Below the pieces are notes generated by a model. It did no database searches, was not told the origin of the DNA, and worked only from the letters and a program-made list of their open reading frames with translations. This document shows, piece by piece, positions 10,426-21,421 of a stretch of 64,000 bases of DNA (position 1 is the first letter of the stretch; every line of letters begins with the position of its first letter). The DNA is from an uncultured Erysipelotrichaceae bacterium. GTDB lineage: Bacteria > Bacillota_I > Bacilli_A > RF39 > UBA660. The translations under genes and the position numbers were made by a program. Location of the stretch: NCBI GenBank assembly GCA_902795215.1, contig CADBKG010000001.1, positions 31,992 through 95,991 of the forward strand, written 5' to 3'.

Positions 10426-11142
10426 TTATTTTTCTACATTAGTGTATATTTCAGACACATCTTCTATCTTTTCTAAATTATTATAAAGCTTTTCATATTC
10501 TATAGCATCATCGCCATCTAAAGTGATTTTTTCTTTAGGATAATAACCTATTTCATCAATTTCATATGAAATATCACCAAACATATTCTCTATAACATCC
10601 TTAACTTTAGAATAATCTGTTGCTTTAGCATAAACTACAAGCATATCTTCTTCTTGCTCTAAATCTTCTATTTCTATGCCAGCATCTAATAAACTCTCAA
10701 ATAACTCATCATATTTATCTGATTTAATACCTATAACACTTAAATGATCATAATTATATGTTACACTATTTTGAACACCTAAACTTTTATGAGCTTTATT
10801 AAAAGCTGCCCTAACTTCTCCAACAGTTCTATTTACATTATCTGTTAATGTTTTAATAACAAAAGTAGATGCACCCGGTCCAAATCCTTCATAATATATT
10901 TCTTTATAATCTTCCTCATTATTTCCTTTTGCCTTATCAATTGCCCTTGTTATAATGTCATTTGGAACTTCCATATGCTTTGCTTTATCAACTAATCTTT
11001 TAAGTTCAATATTAGCTTCTATATCAGGTGTTCCCCTTTTTGCTACTAAATATATTTCTTTAGCAAAACTAGTATAAAGTTTTCCTCTTGCTGCACCCTG
11101 TTCTTTTATCTTTTTTTCTCTAACTGCATATGCTCTTCCCAT
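10426..11142 (-). CDS. YebC/PmpR family DNA-binding transcriptional regulator
   Basis: 238 aa; N-terminus MGRAYAVREKK...ARGKLYTSFAKEI typical of the YebC family. Confidence 0.85.
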   Translation of the reverse strand: MGRAYAVREKKIKEQGAARGKLYTSFAKEIYLVAKRGTPDIEANIELKRLVDKAKHMEVPNDIITRAIDKAKGNNEEDYKEIYYEGFGPGASTFVIKTLTDNVNRTVGEVRAAFNKAHKSLGVQNSVTYNYDHLSVIGIKSDKYDELFESLLDAGIEIEDLEQEEDMLVVYAKATDYSKVKDVIENMFGDISYEIDEIGYYPKEKITLDGDDAIEYEKLYNNLEKIEDVSEIYTNVEK

Positions 11143-11171
11143 ATAAACACTTCCTCACAAAGAAGATTATA

Positions 11172-11199
11172 ATAAAAAAAAAGGCTTATTGCAAGCCTT
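11172..11199 (-). terminator. rho-independent terminator
   Basis: AAGGCTTATTGCAAGCCTT stem followed by U-run on the minus strand, downstream of the surface-protein gene. Confidence 0.6.
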
Positions 11200-12568
11200 A
11201 AACTCCGAATAAGTAACTTTTCTTTTTAAGAAGATAAAGTCCATATACAGCGCCACCTATTGCAGCACTTGTTCCGGCAATAACTGAACCAATACCAGTT
11301 TGTGGGTTTTCAGGTAAATCAGGTTCTGGAGTTGGTACTACAGTAGCTATATCACTAACTTCAAGTACCTTAGTCTCACCTTCATTTACAGTAACTTCAT
11401 AAACTGTTGGATCAAGTTCGTATCCAGTTGGTGCAGTAATCTCTTTAACATAATATGTTCCAGCTTCTACAGTTAAAGTATTTGAATTACCATTTTCATC
11501 AGTAACTAAAATACCAACCATATCTGTCATAGCTTTATCAGAGTATACTTCATATTGAGCACCTTTTAAAGTAGTTCCTTCTCCACCATTACCAGTTTTG
11601 ATTAATTTAACATATCCTTCTTTTGTAACTGGTACATCTTGTACATCTAATGTATAAAGAGTATCAGCATTAACATTAACAGTATATGTCTTAGTATCTA
11701 CTTCAAATCCTTCTGGAGCTTTACTTTCTTTTACGTAGTAAGTACCTACTTCAAGCGTTAATGTATTTGATTCTCCATTTTCTCCTGTAATTAACACTCC
11801 AACTTTATTAGTTAATTTTTGATCACTATATACTTGATATTCAGCACCTTTTAAAGAACTAGTTGTCTCTTCAGTACTTGTTTTTCTAAGTTTTAGTGTT
11901 CCTTTTTTAACTTCTGGTGTTGGTGTTGGTGTAGGAGTAGGTTTTGGTTTGTCATATTTTACTAAATATGCAAATGTCTGAATATTAGCATCATCATTTG
12001 GTGTAACAACATATAATTTTACATCATCTGGTGTAGCAAGACCAGAAATAGTACTTAAATATTTGTTAACATCACTAACTGCTAAACTATTTGCATGATA
12101 TGACCAACCATACTTATCTTTACCCATAACATTAGCATATGCTTTAGAAGCAGCTATATGAGTAAGAATTAATCCACCAGATTCCATATTAGTGTGATTA
12201 TGTGAAGCCCAATATACATCTTGTGCATAATTATGACCATATCCATATTCACCATAATATAATGCTTTAATCATTGTTGCATCTGTAACTTCTTTTACAT
12301 TAGTATGAGTACTACCTACACTTGGTTCTCTTTGCATAGGAGCAACACATATACCAGTTGCAGCAGTTCCATTACTATCAGTAATATGAAGTTTTCTAGT
12401 ATTAATTCCATACTGACTATCTGCATACCCAAAATCTCTATATTTTACTACTAAATCAACAGATGAAACAGTAGCACTTTTTGGAGTTGCAGCATAGACA
12501 TTACCAGCTAAAAATAAGCCAATAATACTAATAAATAAAACCATTAAACATTTAAACGCTTTTTTCAT
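11198..12568 (-). CDS. sortase-anchored surface protein: candidate thioester domain + PT linker + two CnaB/SpaA-type domains + NPQTG sorting signal
   Basis: Signal peptide; Cys in GICVAPMQ and Gln in NIQTFAY; (PT)5 linker; two repeats ...LKGAxYxVYSD...GTYYVKE...; C-terminal NPQTG + hydrophobic stretch + KKK. Confidence 0.7.
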   Translation of the reverse strand: MKKAFKCLMVLFISIIGLFLAGNVYAATPKSATVSSVDLVVKYRDFGYADSQYGINTRKLHITDSNGTAATGICVAPMQREPSVGSTHTNVKEVTDATMIKALYYGEYGYGHNYAQDVYWASHNHTNMESGGLILTHIAASKAYANVMGKDKYGWSYHANSLAVSDVNKYLSTISGLATPDDVKLYVVTPNDDANIQTFAYLVKYDKPKPTPTPTPTPEVKKGTLKLRKTSTEETTSSLKGAEYQVYSDQKLTNKVGVLITGENGESNTLTLEVGTYYVKESKAPEGFEVDTKTYTVNVNADTLYTLDVQDVPVTKEGYVKLIKTGNGGEGTTLKGAQYEVYSDKAMTDMVGILVTDENGNSNTLTVEAGTYYVKEITAPTGYELDPTVYEVTVNEGETKVLEVSDIATVVPTPEPDLPENPQTGIGSVIAGTSAAIGGAVYGLYLLKKKSYLFGV

Positions 12569-12702
12569 AACAATCCCCCCTTTAAATGTCGAGATATACT
12601 ATAGCACAAACACTAAAAAAAATCAATCTTTTTTTGTATTTTGTTATTGACATTAAAAAGAAATATTATGTAATATAAAAATATTAGAAGGGAGAGTGTC
12701 GA

Positions 12703-13014
12703 ATGGAATTTGAAGGCAAATATTGGTTTGAAGATTGTCCAATGCTTAAATCAGCAGTTATAAAGTTTTTAAAAAGCAACAAAAAATATCTTTTTGCATA
12801 TTGTGATAGTACACATGAATATCGCGGAGAGTTTTATGATGAACTTCCACCAGAAGATATATTTATAAAATCGTACAATAGAGGTGATTTATGTGGTGCA
12901 ATATTTGAAAGAGACTTTGCCAAGGAAATTGATATTGATAATAATATGTCAATTAATGAATCATTGTTTTTAATTGATGAAGATGTTTATGAATTAGAAA
13001 GAAACAAAAATTAG
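12703..13014 (+). CDS. hypothetical protein
   Basis: 103-aa ORF with RBS GAAGGGAGAG; promoter-like TTGACA upstream. Confidence 0.3.
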   Translation: MEFEGKYWFEDCPMLKSAVIKFLKSNKKYLFAYCDSTHEYRGEFYDELPPEDIFIKSYNRGDLCGAIFERDFAKEIDIDNNMSINESLFLIDEDVYELERNKN

Positions 13015-13055
13015 TTACGAAAATCTTTAGACATTTCATCTAATTATTATTAATT

Positions 13056-14150
13056 CTACTTTTTATATTTCGTTTCAAATGGATTACAATCAAGCAGTAA
13101 TCTTATTTTTTTATATTCATCTAAACTTATTTCATAAGTTCTATTTTCTTTATGTAAGTTTTCATGAAAATCAATCGCTTGATAAAGACTATAAATATCT
13201 TCAAGCATTATATTTATCTCGCTATCAGGGACATCTTCCATGCTTCTTAGCTTGTCTATCATTAATGATAGTTCCTCATATGTAAGATTAACAGAGAATA
13301 AATCATTTTTATTTACTTTTCTTTTTATTTCTTCTTTTACTAAGTTATCTTCAATAAAAGTATTAACCTCATCCCAAAATTTAGTTAAATCATCTTCATT
13401 ATAAGAATTAATCTTATTAAAGAACATATCGATATAACTATCACTTATATACATTTCAAATAAATCTTTATTTATTCCATTTTTTTCTAATACTTTAAGC
13501 ATCTTTAAGTACTCTATTTTAAGCATTCCATATAATGGCTTATTATTAGATTCTTCTATTTCTAAATCATAACCTTCGATAATTTCTTTTTGTTTTATTA
13601 ATTTACAAACTAAATCTGACATTTTAAAATAATCGCCACTATGACTTTTATATTTTTTTAAAGTCCTAGATAAAATAACCAACATCATTACTACTTGATA
13701 ATAATTAAACTTATAATTGTACACTAATAACATATTTTTAGGTTTAACATTCCTATTTTTTTTACCATATGCTTCTAAAAACTTACTATAATGCGAGAAT
13801 ACTCTTTCATAGTAACTTTTATTTTGATACATTTTTCTTGCAAACTTTAAATATTCTTTTCTATTTTCTATATTAACATCAAGCAGATTACATATATAAT
13901 CTACATCTTCCCTATCATAGTTATATATCTTTTTAAGTGAATTTAATTCTTTTAATTCTTTAATCAAAATCATTTCTTTGCTTATTTCAATTGTTTCTGG
14001 TTCTTCATTTCTAAAGTCATTAATAAAATTAAATATTTTTTCATCATCAAAAACATCAACGCCATGCTTAGCTTTGATTTCACCTTTTTTAAGATACAAT
14101 AAATTCAATAACAATTTAGATTGAAATCTACTTAATTTTATCGTTTTCAT
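13056..14150 (-). CDS. hypothetical protein (likely start MKTIKL at 14150; ORF-track start 14240)
   Basis: Long ORF, K/N/E-rich, no recognised domain. Confidence 0.4.
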   Translation of the reverse strand: MKTIKLSRFQSKLLLNLLYLKKGEIKAKHGVDVFDDEKIFNFINDFRNEEPETIEISKEMILIKELKELNSLKKIYNYDREDVDYICNLLDVNIENRKEYLKFARKMYQNKSYYERVFSHYSKFLEAYGKKNRNVKPKNMLLVYNYKFNYYQVVMMLVILSRTLKKYKSHSGDYFKMSDLVCKLIKQKEIIEGYDLEIEESNNKPLYGMLKIEYLKMLKVLEKNGINKDLFEMYISDSYIDMFFNKINSYNEDDLTKFWDEVNTFIEDNLVKEEIKRKVNKNDLFSVNLTYEELSLMIDKLRSMEDVPDSEINIMLEDIYSLYQAIDFHENLHKENRTYEISLDEYKKIRLLLDCNPFETKYKK

Positions 14151-14242
14151 ATATCCCCTCAAAGTAGAAAATATCTTACCACTATAATTATATTTTTGCA
14201 ATATATAAAAAATAACAAAAGAAAAAAGTGCATTAAGCACTT

Positions 14243-15637
14243 TTAACTCTTGTTAGCAATTTTTATTTGGATAGTCTTAACTTTTGGACTATAAGTTACT
14301 AAGTGATTATCTCCTTCTATCTTGACAGGAACTTCATGAGTACCTACTCCAAGTCCAGAAAGATCTACATAAGCATATACTTTATCAGCAGTTATAGCAT
14401 TAATAATAGTAGATGCTCCTTTTAGTATTACTGTTGTTGTTGTATCATCTATACTTATAGTATTTGCAACATAATCAGAACCTAAATTCTTATATTGCAT
14501 TGAAATACCTGCAAGCTCTTTTGTTGATTCTTCTGCAACTTTAACAGCTACACTAACATTTGTTTCACTCATATATCTTACGCCTGTAGGTTTGGTTAAA
14601 TTAACACTATATGTCTTATCTTTACTTAAACCGTCTACATTTATTTTAGCTGGAATATAGCTTAGATTCTTAATTGATTCTTGATCACCATATACTCTTA
14701 CACTTGTTACACTTGGTGTTGCTGATTCAATTGCATAACCATTAGCTAGTTTAGCATCTCCATCAGGTATAACTGTAACTGGTAAGTCTACATAGTATGA
14801 ATCTACTTTTATAGTTACTGGCATTGTATCAGGAACTATTTCTACATTTTTAACAACTAATCCATCTTTATCATATGCAACAAGTGATACTGCTCTATTT
14901 TCTAATTCTACATTAGTATCATCTATATCGTATGTTCCAGATGAGTCAATCTTTAATTTAGATACATCGATTAATGCTTTAACACTAGCAATCTTATCAA
15001 GTGTACTCTTAGAACCTTTAACAATTACTTCACTATCTTTTAATTCTACTTCACTTATATTTAATTTATTATCAAGTGCATCTTGGTTAAGTAGATCATA
15101 TGTTAACGTTTTAGCACTAGATACCTTATCGCTTATAGTTACTTTTACAGTACTAGGATCTATCTTGTAAGTAACTGATTCCACTGAATGATTATATTTA
15201 AGTTTAACATTATATTCTCCTGTTTTATAATCACTTAAATCAAGAACTATTTGATGATCTCCTAACTGTTTTGCTAAATATAAATCACTTTTTCTTCCCA
15301 TTAGGATTACATCTACAGTATCAGGCACGCCTTCTACAACATATTTTTCTTTATTATATACAACTGTAACAGGTTGATTTGATAATATTTCACTTTCTTT
15401 TTCTACTAAGCTTACTGCTCTACTATTTACTACTAAGAAAGTACTTACCGCAATAAGTAATGAGAATAAGATAGTTGATTTTTTTCTATATAATATCTTA
15501 TCTAATAAATTGTTTCCTTTATTAAACCTTTTATTTATTAAGTAAATTAATCTACTTATTGGGGTAATAATTAATTTATCAAACACGCTATATAAAGCTT
15601 TTAAAATTTTCATAAAGAAGTGACCTATTGCTTTCAT
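14243..15637 (-). CDS. cdaR: CdaR (YbbR-like) regulator of diadenylate cyclase
   Basis: N-terminal TM, four YbbR-like repeats; start overlaps cdaA stop (ATGA), the canonical cdaA-cdaR arrangement. Confidence 0.75.
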   Translation of the reverse strand: MKAIGHFFMKILKALYSVFDKLIITPISRLIYLINKRFNKGNNLLDKILYRKKSTILFSLLIAVSTFLVVNSRAVSLVEKESEILSNQPVTVVYNKEKYVVEGVPDTVDVILMGRKSDLYLAKQLGDHQIVLDLSDYKTGEYNVKLKYNHSVESVTYKIDPSTVKVTISDKVSSAKTLTYDLLNQDALDNKLNISEVELKDSEVIVKGSKSTLDKIASVKALIDVSKLKIDSSGTYDIDDTNVELENRAVSLVAYDKDGLVVKNVEIVPDTMPVTIKVDSYYVDLPVTVIPDGDAKLANGYAIESATPSVTSVRVYGDQESIKNLSYIPAKINVDGLSKDKTYSVNLTKPTGVRYMSETNVSVAVKVAEESTKELAGISMQYKNLGSDYVANTISIDDTTTTVILKGASTIINAITADKVYAYVDLSGLGVGTHEVPVKIEGDNHLVTYSPKVKTIQIKIANKS

Positions 15638-16458
15638 TATTCTTCACCTCTTTCTTCTGCGGCATAGAATGTATCTTTTTTAGGACGTAACTCTCTATAC
15701 AACATTTTCTTGAATTCCTCTACCCCCAAGTTATAATGCATAGTTCCAGATGTTGCAATACTCATTTTACCAGTTTCTTCACTGACAACAATAACAATTG
15801 CATCAGATTCTTCTGATAAACCAAGCGCTGCTCTATGTCTTGTTCCTAAACTCTTTGATAATTTATTATCTAAGCTTGTTCTAAATACACAACCTGCACA
15901 AGTAATTTTTGTTCCTTGAATAATAACTCCACCATCATGAAGTGAACTATTTTTATAAAATAAACTCTCTAAAAGTGGTGCCGAAATATCAGCATATATT
16001 TTAGTCGCTGGCTCAATATATTCTTGTAAGCTTACATCTCTTTCTATAGCTATTAGAGCACCAAATTTATTCTTTCTTAAGTATTCATTTGCTTCCATTA
16101 TTTCAGTAACAATTAAATCTATTTCAGAATTGTTTAATACTTTATGTCTACCAAGCAATTGACTTCTACCAAGTTGTTCAAGCACTGTTCTAATTTCAGG
16201 TTGAAATATCACGATTAATGCTAGTGGTCCCCAAGCAATAACATATTCAAGAAGCATTCCTAGAGTATTTAAATTCAATACATTGCTAAATATCTTTAAT
16301 ACTATAATGATTATTATTCCTTTAAAGATAAGAACCATTTTGATGTTGTTTTTAAGATTCTTAAGCAAAAAGTAAACTAGATACCATACAACGCATATAT
16401 CTATTACTTTTGTAACAATCCCCCATATTGATGATAATGTCATAAGCATTCCTCCCAT
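15637..16458 (-). CDS. cdaA: diadenylate cyclase CdaA
   Basis: Three N-terminal TM helices + DisA_N domain (DGGVII..., RHRAALG, IVVSEETG). Confidence 0.85.
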   Translation of the reverse strand: MGGMLMTLSSIWGIVTKVIDICVVWYLVYFLLKNLKNNIKMVLIFKGIIIIIVLKIFSNVLNLNTLGMLLEYVIAWGPLALIVIFQPEIRTVLEQLGRSQLLGRHKVLNNSEIDLIVTEIMEANEYLRKNKFGALIAIERDVSLQEYIEPATKIYADISAPLLESLFYKNSSLHDGGVIIQGTKITCAGCVFRTSLDNKLSKSLGTRHRAALGLSEESDAIVIVVSEETGKMSIATSGTMHYNLGVEEFKKMLYRELRPKKDTFYAAEERGEE

Positions 16459-16535
16459 GTATATTTAATTATAACAAACCTTTAAGCTTTAGTAAAATAA
16501 TTTAAAGTACTTTACAACTCGTTTTTACATAAGTT

Positions 16536-16745
16536 TTATCTATTTTTTTTGATTTTTTCTATTGCTTTATCAAAGCTTAATTCATTTGGAAAAGCTTCAT
16601 TTCTAGTTATTTCCATAAACTCTTTTTTAAGTTTAGTCATTCTTATATCTTCAAAGATATATCCAATAATAGCAAGGATAAGAAAAAATACTAAAATAGC
16701 GAATACAAAATAATGACTTATCAAAAAGTTAATCACACTATTCAT
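16536..16745 (-). CDS. small membrane protein (hypothetical)
   Basis: 69 aa, one TM helix. Confidence 0.3.
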   Translation of the reverse strand: MNSVINFLISHYFVFAILVFFLILAIIGYIFEDIRMTKLKKEFMEITRNEAFPNELSFDKAIEKIKKNR

Positions 16746-16762
16746 ATCTTTCCCCTTTTCTA

Positions 16763-17842
16763 TTATGCTGGAATTTCAGCTTGAATATCTGTTGTTTTAT
16801 ATGTTGGATTAATCTCGATATAAGTATTTCCATCATTTACAACTAATTCTTCTCCATTAGTATACGTATATTTTGTTTTAGATCCTCTAGATTCTTTACT
16901 CCACTTAATTGGTACTGCTTTACCTTCAGTAATGTAAAAACCATCTCCAGATCCAGTATTACTCATATTTAGTCTTCCTTTATCATCACCATAAATATTT
17001 GAATAACCAGCTTTATAAGTAATTATGTTTTTAGCAGTAAATTCTTCTCCTGAAGTATAATCATACATGTCAGTATAATTTTGTTTTCTAGAATATACTT
17101 TCTTTTCTTCGTTATATAAAAATCTTACTTGATAACTATCTGAGAATCTAATAGCGACATATTTAGCATCAACTGCTTCTTCGCTATCTTTAAAATCAAG
17201 TGGTTCAGCGGTATATTTTAAAAGTGCTTTTTCATCCGTAGTAGTTCTATAACCTTTTGCTTCTGCTGCTTCTTTAAGTGATGACATTGTTGAATATCCT
17301 CTATGTTCATAACCAGCTCTTATGCTATTATCTCTAAAGAAGTATTTGCCTTCATATGTTAATCCATTTATATTAGCTATTCCAAGTGAACTGATATCTC
17401 TTTGGGCTTGAGGGCTCCATCCCCAATGTACATATAATGCATCATTTTCTAGTACATAATCCAAGAAATAATGTCTACTACTTCTTATACTTGCAATCTT
17501 TTCAACATCGCTATCTTTATACATAGCCATTTCTCTTGTAATTCCACCTTCAACTAAAAGTTCGTATATCATATATGCTTTCATTAAACCTGATTGATAT
17601 GGCCATACAGATTGATTATTATTAATCATAACAGCGTATGGTCTTGACTTGCTATTTTCATCAATAATTTTAACTTTTGGCTTTTCTGGTTCCTTACTTT
17701 CTACTTTAGATTCCACTTTTTTATCAGAACCAAAAATTTTATCTTTAAATAGAAAACCTAAAACTCCCATAAGCAATAAAACTAAAATTAATAAAATGAT
17801 AATTTTCTTCTTCTGACTTAATCTTTTCCACTTTTTTTTCAT
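16763..17842 (-). CDS. membrane-anchored DUF3048-like (YerB-like) protein
   Basis: N-terminal TM, S/K/E linker, then PYAVMINN... region resembling DUF3048. Confidence 0.4.
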   Translation of the reverse strand: MKKKWKRLSQKKKIIILLILVLLLMGVLGFLFKDKIFGSDKKVESKVESKEPEKPKVKIIDENSKSRPYAVMINNNQSVWPYQSGLMKAYMIYELLVEGGITREMAMYKDSDVEKIASIRSSRHYFLDYVLENDALYVHWGWSPQAQRDISSLGIANINGLTYEGKYFFRDNSIRAGYEHRGYSTMSSLKEAAEAKGYRTTTDEKALLKYTAEPLDFKDSEEAVDAKYVAIRFSDSYQVRFLYNEEKKVYSRKQNYTDMYDYTSGEEFTAKNIITYKAGYSNIYGDDKGRLNMSNTGSGDGFYITEGKAVPIKWSKESRGSKTKYTYTNGEELVVNDGNTYIEINPTYKTTDIQAEIPA

Positions 17843-17907
17843 ATATACCTCTCCTATTATAATGATAACATTTTTTTAAACTTATTACAATTATCTTTAT
17901 AATTCTT

Positions 17908-17936
17908 TTGACATATTAATTAAATTTATGTATTAT
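17908..17936 (+). promoter_or_regulatory. sigma-A-type promoter for yfhO-GT2 operon
   Basis: TTGACA - 17 nt - TATTAT, ~35 nt upstream of the yfhO start. Confidence 0.5.
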
Positions 17937-17968
17937 TTTACTAGAAGTAAATTAAGAAGAGGTTAATT

Positions 17969-20458
17969 ATGAAAAAGAAAGCACTAATATATCTATTATC
18001 TGGTTTTATACCAATGATTATATTTTTTATATGCTCACAAATACTAGGCTTTGTACCAATTGGTAATAAAATAATGAATATTTATGATTCATTTACGCAA
18101 TATCCAGGTTTCCTACTTGAATATGCGAGGATGTTAAAAAGTGGTCACCTATTTTATTCCTTTTCAGCAGGACTTGGCTTTAATTTTTATGGTACTATAA
18201 CTTACTACTGTTTTAGTGCATTAAATCTTTTTAGCGTATTTGCAACCCCTAAAAATTATCCTTATTTTATAGCATATATGACTTTTTTAAGATTTATCTT
18301 ACTTGGTATGAGTATGTGTTTTTACTTAAGAAGTTTAAAAATAGATAATAAACTTGTAATATTATTTAGTACTATATACGCTCTTATGGGATATACTGCA
18401 ACATACTATTATAATTACATATGGATAGATACAATAATTATGCTTCCATTAGTAATATATGGATTAGATAAACTTATAAATGAAAATAAATCTTTTATCT
18501 ATATATTAACTTTAACTATTACAATATTTATTAATTTCTATACTGGTTATATGGTATGTATATTTGTTTTAATATATTTTGTTTATAAATTTATACTTTC
18601 CAAAAACAAAAAGAAAATACTTATTAATTTTATAATTAGTAGCTTACTCGTTGGCCTTATAAGCACAGTAGTAATATTACCTAGCTACTATGCATTAAAA
18701 CTTGGTAAAGCTACATTATATGAAAAAATAACTTATGATGGATTAATTAATTCATATAAACAATTTTTCTATATGATGACTACTGGTAATTACAAATCTG
18801 GAGACCAAGGTTATGGTCCACCTCAAGTATATGCAAGTCTTTTAGTATTATCACTAGTACCTATGTTCTTTTTTAACAAAAAGTATACACTAAAGGAAAA
18901 AATTGCAACTCTTGTAGTAATAATTATATTCTTAGCATCATTTAGCGTTAAAGCTTTAAACTATGCATGGCAATTCTTTCAACAACCTATATGGTGGCAA
19001 TCTAGATTTAGTTTTACATTTGACTTTTTCATTATCGTTCTTGCTGCAAGAACATTTAATGATAGAGACCATTTAAATGTTAATGTTATTAAAAAATCAC
19101 TTGTATTTTTAATACTTACTGCTCTTATTTTATTTGGAGCATATACTAAATACAAAGGTCAAAACAATGTCACAAGTTATTATATATATCTTGCACTAAG
19201 TATAATTATATTATGTGAAAATATATTCTTTATAGATCAAAAAGAATTTTATAAACTGATGATCATTTTAACTTTTGTTGATTTAGGGACAAATACATAT
19301 AATTCTCTTGGTAATAATTCAACATATAAGAATTTAAACGAAACAAAAGAAATGCGAGAAGTTGCATCCAAAGAAATAAATAACATAATTAAAAATGATT
19401 CAGACGAATTTTATAGAATGGAATTTATTAATCATTATGGATCTGATGATGGCCCTTATTTTGGATATAATGGATTAAATTATTTTAATTCGGCAAGAAA
19501 CTTAGGTGTTGTTCATCTATTTGAAGCATTAGGTTTTATATCAATTGATCATTGTCATGTAGAACTTGATGAAATAGATCCTGTTATATTATCAATACTT
19601 AATGTTAAATATATATATGGTAAAATGGATTATTATAAAAAAACTAATGAAGCCCATATTTATGAAAACCCTTACCCACTAGCGCTTGGTTATACTGTAA
19701 GTGATGACATTAAAGATTTTAAATTTCCTCTAACAGAAACAAAGGGAACAAATTATACTATGAATATATCTAGTTTAATTAATGCTTTAACTCATGACAA
19801 TGTTGATTTATATGAAGAATTTGATTATACAAATTTTAAATTAACAAACTTATATCCAGATTTAACAAACAATCTTAGACGAGCTAATGGAAAAGTTGAA
19901 GGACGTGCAACATATGATTTTATAAGTGACAAACATTATTTAATAATAACTCCAAACACCTCTAGTATTGTTACATATATTTCTATAAATAATAAAAAGC
20001 CAAAAGTAGTAAATGACACATACACTGAAATCAAACCCGGAGATAAAGTTAAAATAGATATGACTGTAAATCAGGATGTTAGTAAAAGCGAATTTAATTT
20101 CTTGTTATTAAACTTAGATAACTTTGAAAATACCATGGATATTCTAGGACAAGATTTATTCCATGCTCATAAATATAGAAATGGTCATTTAATAGAAGGA
20201 ACTATCGATATTAATTCCGATAATACATATCTGTTTACAACTATCGAATATGAAAAAGGAATGAGAGTATTTGTTGATGATAAAGAAGTAAAACCAGATA
20301 TCTTACTTGACAGCCTTATAGGTCTTGATTTAGAAAAAGGATCCCATAAAATATATATCAGTTATGTTCCAAATGGTTTTATAAAAGGATTGATAATAAG
20401 TTTTGTAGGTATAATTTTATCGTTTATATATTTACAAACAAGAAAAAAGAAATTATAA
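17969..20458 (+). CDS. YfhO family membrane glycosyltransferase (teichoic-acid glycosylation)
   Basis: ~830 aa polytopic protein with YfhO N-terminal signature; followed by a GT2 (CsbB-like) gene. Confidence 0.8.
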   Translation: MKKKALIYLLSGFIPMIIFFICSQILGFVPIGNKIMNIYDSFTQYPGFLLEYARMLKSGHLFYSFSAGLGFNFYGTITYYCFSALNLFSVFATPKNYPYFIAYMTFLRFILLGMSMCFYLRSLKIDNKLVILFSTIYALMGYTATYYYNYIWIDTIIMLPLVIYGLDKLINENKSFIYILTLTITIFINFYTGYMVCIFVLIYFVYKFILSKNKKKILINFIISSLLVGLISTVVILPSYYALKLGKATLYEKITYDGLINSYKQFFYMMTTGNYKSGDQGYGPPQVYASLLVLSLVPMFFFNKKYTLKEKIATLVVIIIFLASFSVKALNYAWQFFQQPIWWQSRFSFTFDFFIIVLAARTFNDRDHLNVNVIKKSLVFLILTALILFGAYTKYKGQNNVTSYYIYLALSIIILCENIFFIDQKEFYKLMIILTFVDLGTNTYNSLGNNSTYKNLNETKEMREVASKEINNIIKNDSDEFYRMEFINHYGSDDGPYFGYNGLNYFNSARNLGVVHLFEALGFISIDHCHVELDEIDPVILSILNVKYIYGKMDYYKKTNEAHIYENPYPLALGYTVSDDIKDFKFPLTETKGTNYTMNISSLINALTHDNVDLYEEFDYTNFKLTNLYPDLTNNLRRANGKVEGRATYDFISDKHYLIITPNTSSIVTYISINNKKPKVVNDTYTEIKPGDKVKIDMTVNQDVSKSEFNFLLLNLDNFENTMDILGQDLFHAHKYRNGHLIEGTIDINSDNTYLFTTIEYEKGMRVFVDDKEVKPDILLDSLIGLDLEKGSHKIYISYVPNGFIKGLIISFVGIILSFIYLQTRKKKL

Positions 20459-20474
20459 TTGAAATGGTGATATT

Positions 20475-21413
20475 ATGAAGTTAGATATAATTATTCCAGC
20501 ATACAACGAAGAAAAAAATGTAAGCCTAATTCACGATAAAATTGATGAAGCTTTAAAAGATATTGATTACAATTTAATCTATGTTAATGATGGTTCTACT
20601 GATAATACATACAGGGAATTAAAAGAACTATATAAAAAAGATAAAAAAGTTAAAGTTGTCAACTTTTCACGTAATTTTGGTAAAGAAGCAGCCATATATG
20701 CAGGACTTGAAAAATCAACAGGTGATTTATGTGCTTTAATCGATGCTGATTTAGAGCAAAACCCAAAATATTTAAAAGAAATGTATAATATATTAACAAA
20801 AGATGAAGATACTGATGAAGTTGCAATGATTAATACTAAAAGAACAAATAATACTTATGCACAAAAAAAAGGCAGCAGAAGCTTTTATAAACTTATTAAT
20901 GCCTTAAGTGATATTGAATTTAAAGCGGATGCTAGTGATTTTAGAATGTTTACTAAAGATGTTAGAAACGCAATACTTAAACTAAGTGAAAAAAATAGAT
21001 TTACAAAAGGTATATTTAGTTATGTTGGTTTTAATGTAAAATATATACCATATGAAGTTGAAAAAAGAAGTCATGGAAAATCTAAATTCAACTTCAAATC
21101 CTCTTTTAAATATGCTATAGACGGTATTATTGGATATTCAGTTAAGCCGCTTAAAATGGCTACTATACTTGGATTTATAGCCTCTATTCTTTCATTTATA
21201 TATCTATTATATATAATAATTAAAACATTAATACTTGGTATTGATACTCCTGGTTTTGCAACTCTTGCTTCTCTAATACTATTTATGGGAGGTATAGAAC
21301 TTATATGCATAGGTATACTTGGTGAATACTTATCAAAAACATTTATAGAAACAAAAAACAGACCTATTTATATAGAAAATAAGTCTTTAGGTTTTGATGA
21401 AGATGTCTTATAG
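20475..21413 (+). CDS. family 2 glycosyltransferase (CsbB/GtrB-like undecaprenyl-phosphate sugar transferase)
   Basis: IIIPAYNEE..DGSTDNT..; DAD motif; two C-terminal TM helices. Confidence 0.8.
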   Translation: MKLDIIIPAYNEEKNVSLIHDKIDEALKDIDYNLIYVNDGSTDNTYRELKELYKKDKKVKVVNFSRNFGKEAAIYAGLEKSTGDLCALIDADLEQNPKYLKEMYNILTKDEDTDEVAMINTKRTNNTYAQKKGSRSFYKLINALSDIEFKADASDFRMFTKDVRNAILKLSEKNRFTKGIFSYVGFNVKYIPYEVEKRSHGKSKFNFKSSFKYAIDGIIGYSVKPLKMATILGFIASILSFIYLLYIIIKTLILGIDTPGFATLASLILFMGGIELICIGILGEYLSKTFIETKNRPIYIENKSLGFDEDVL

Positions 21414-21421
21414 ACATCTTT

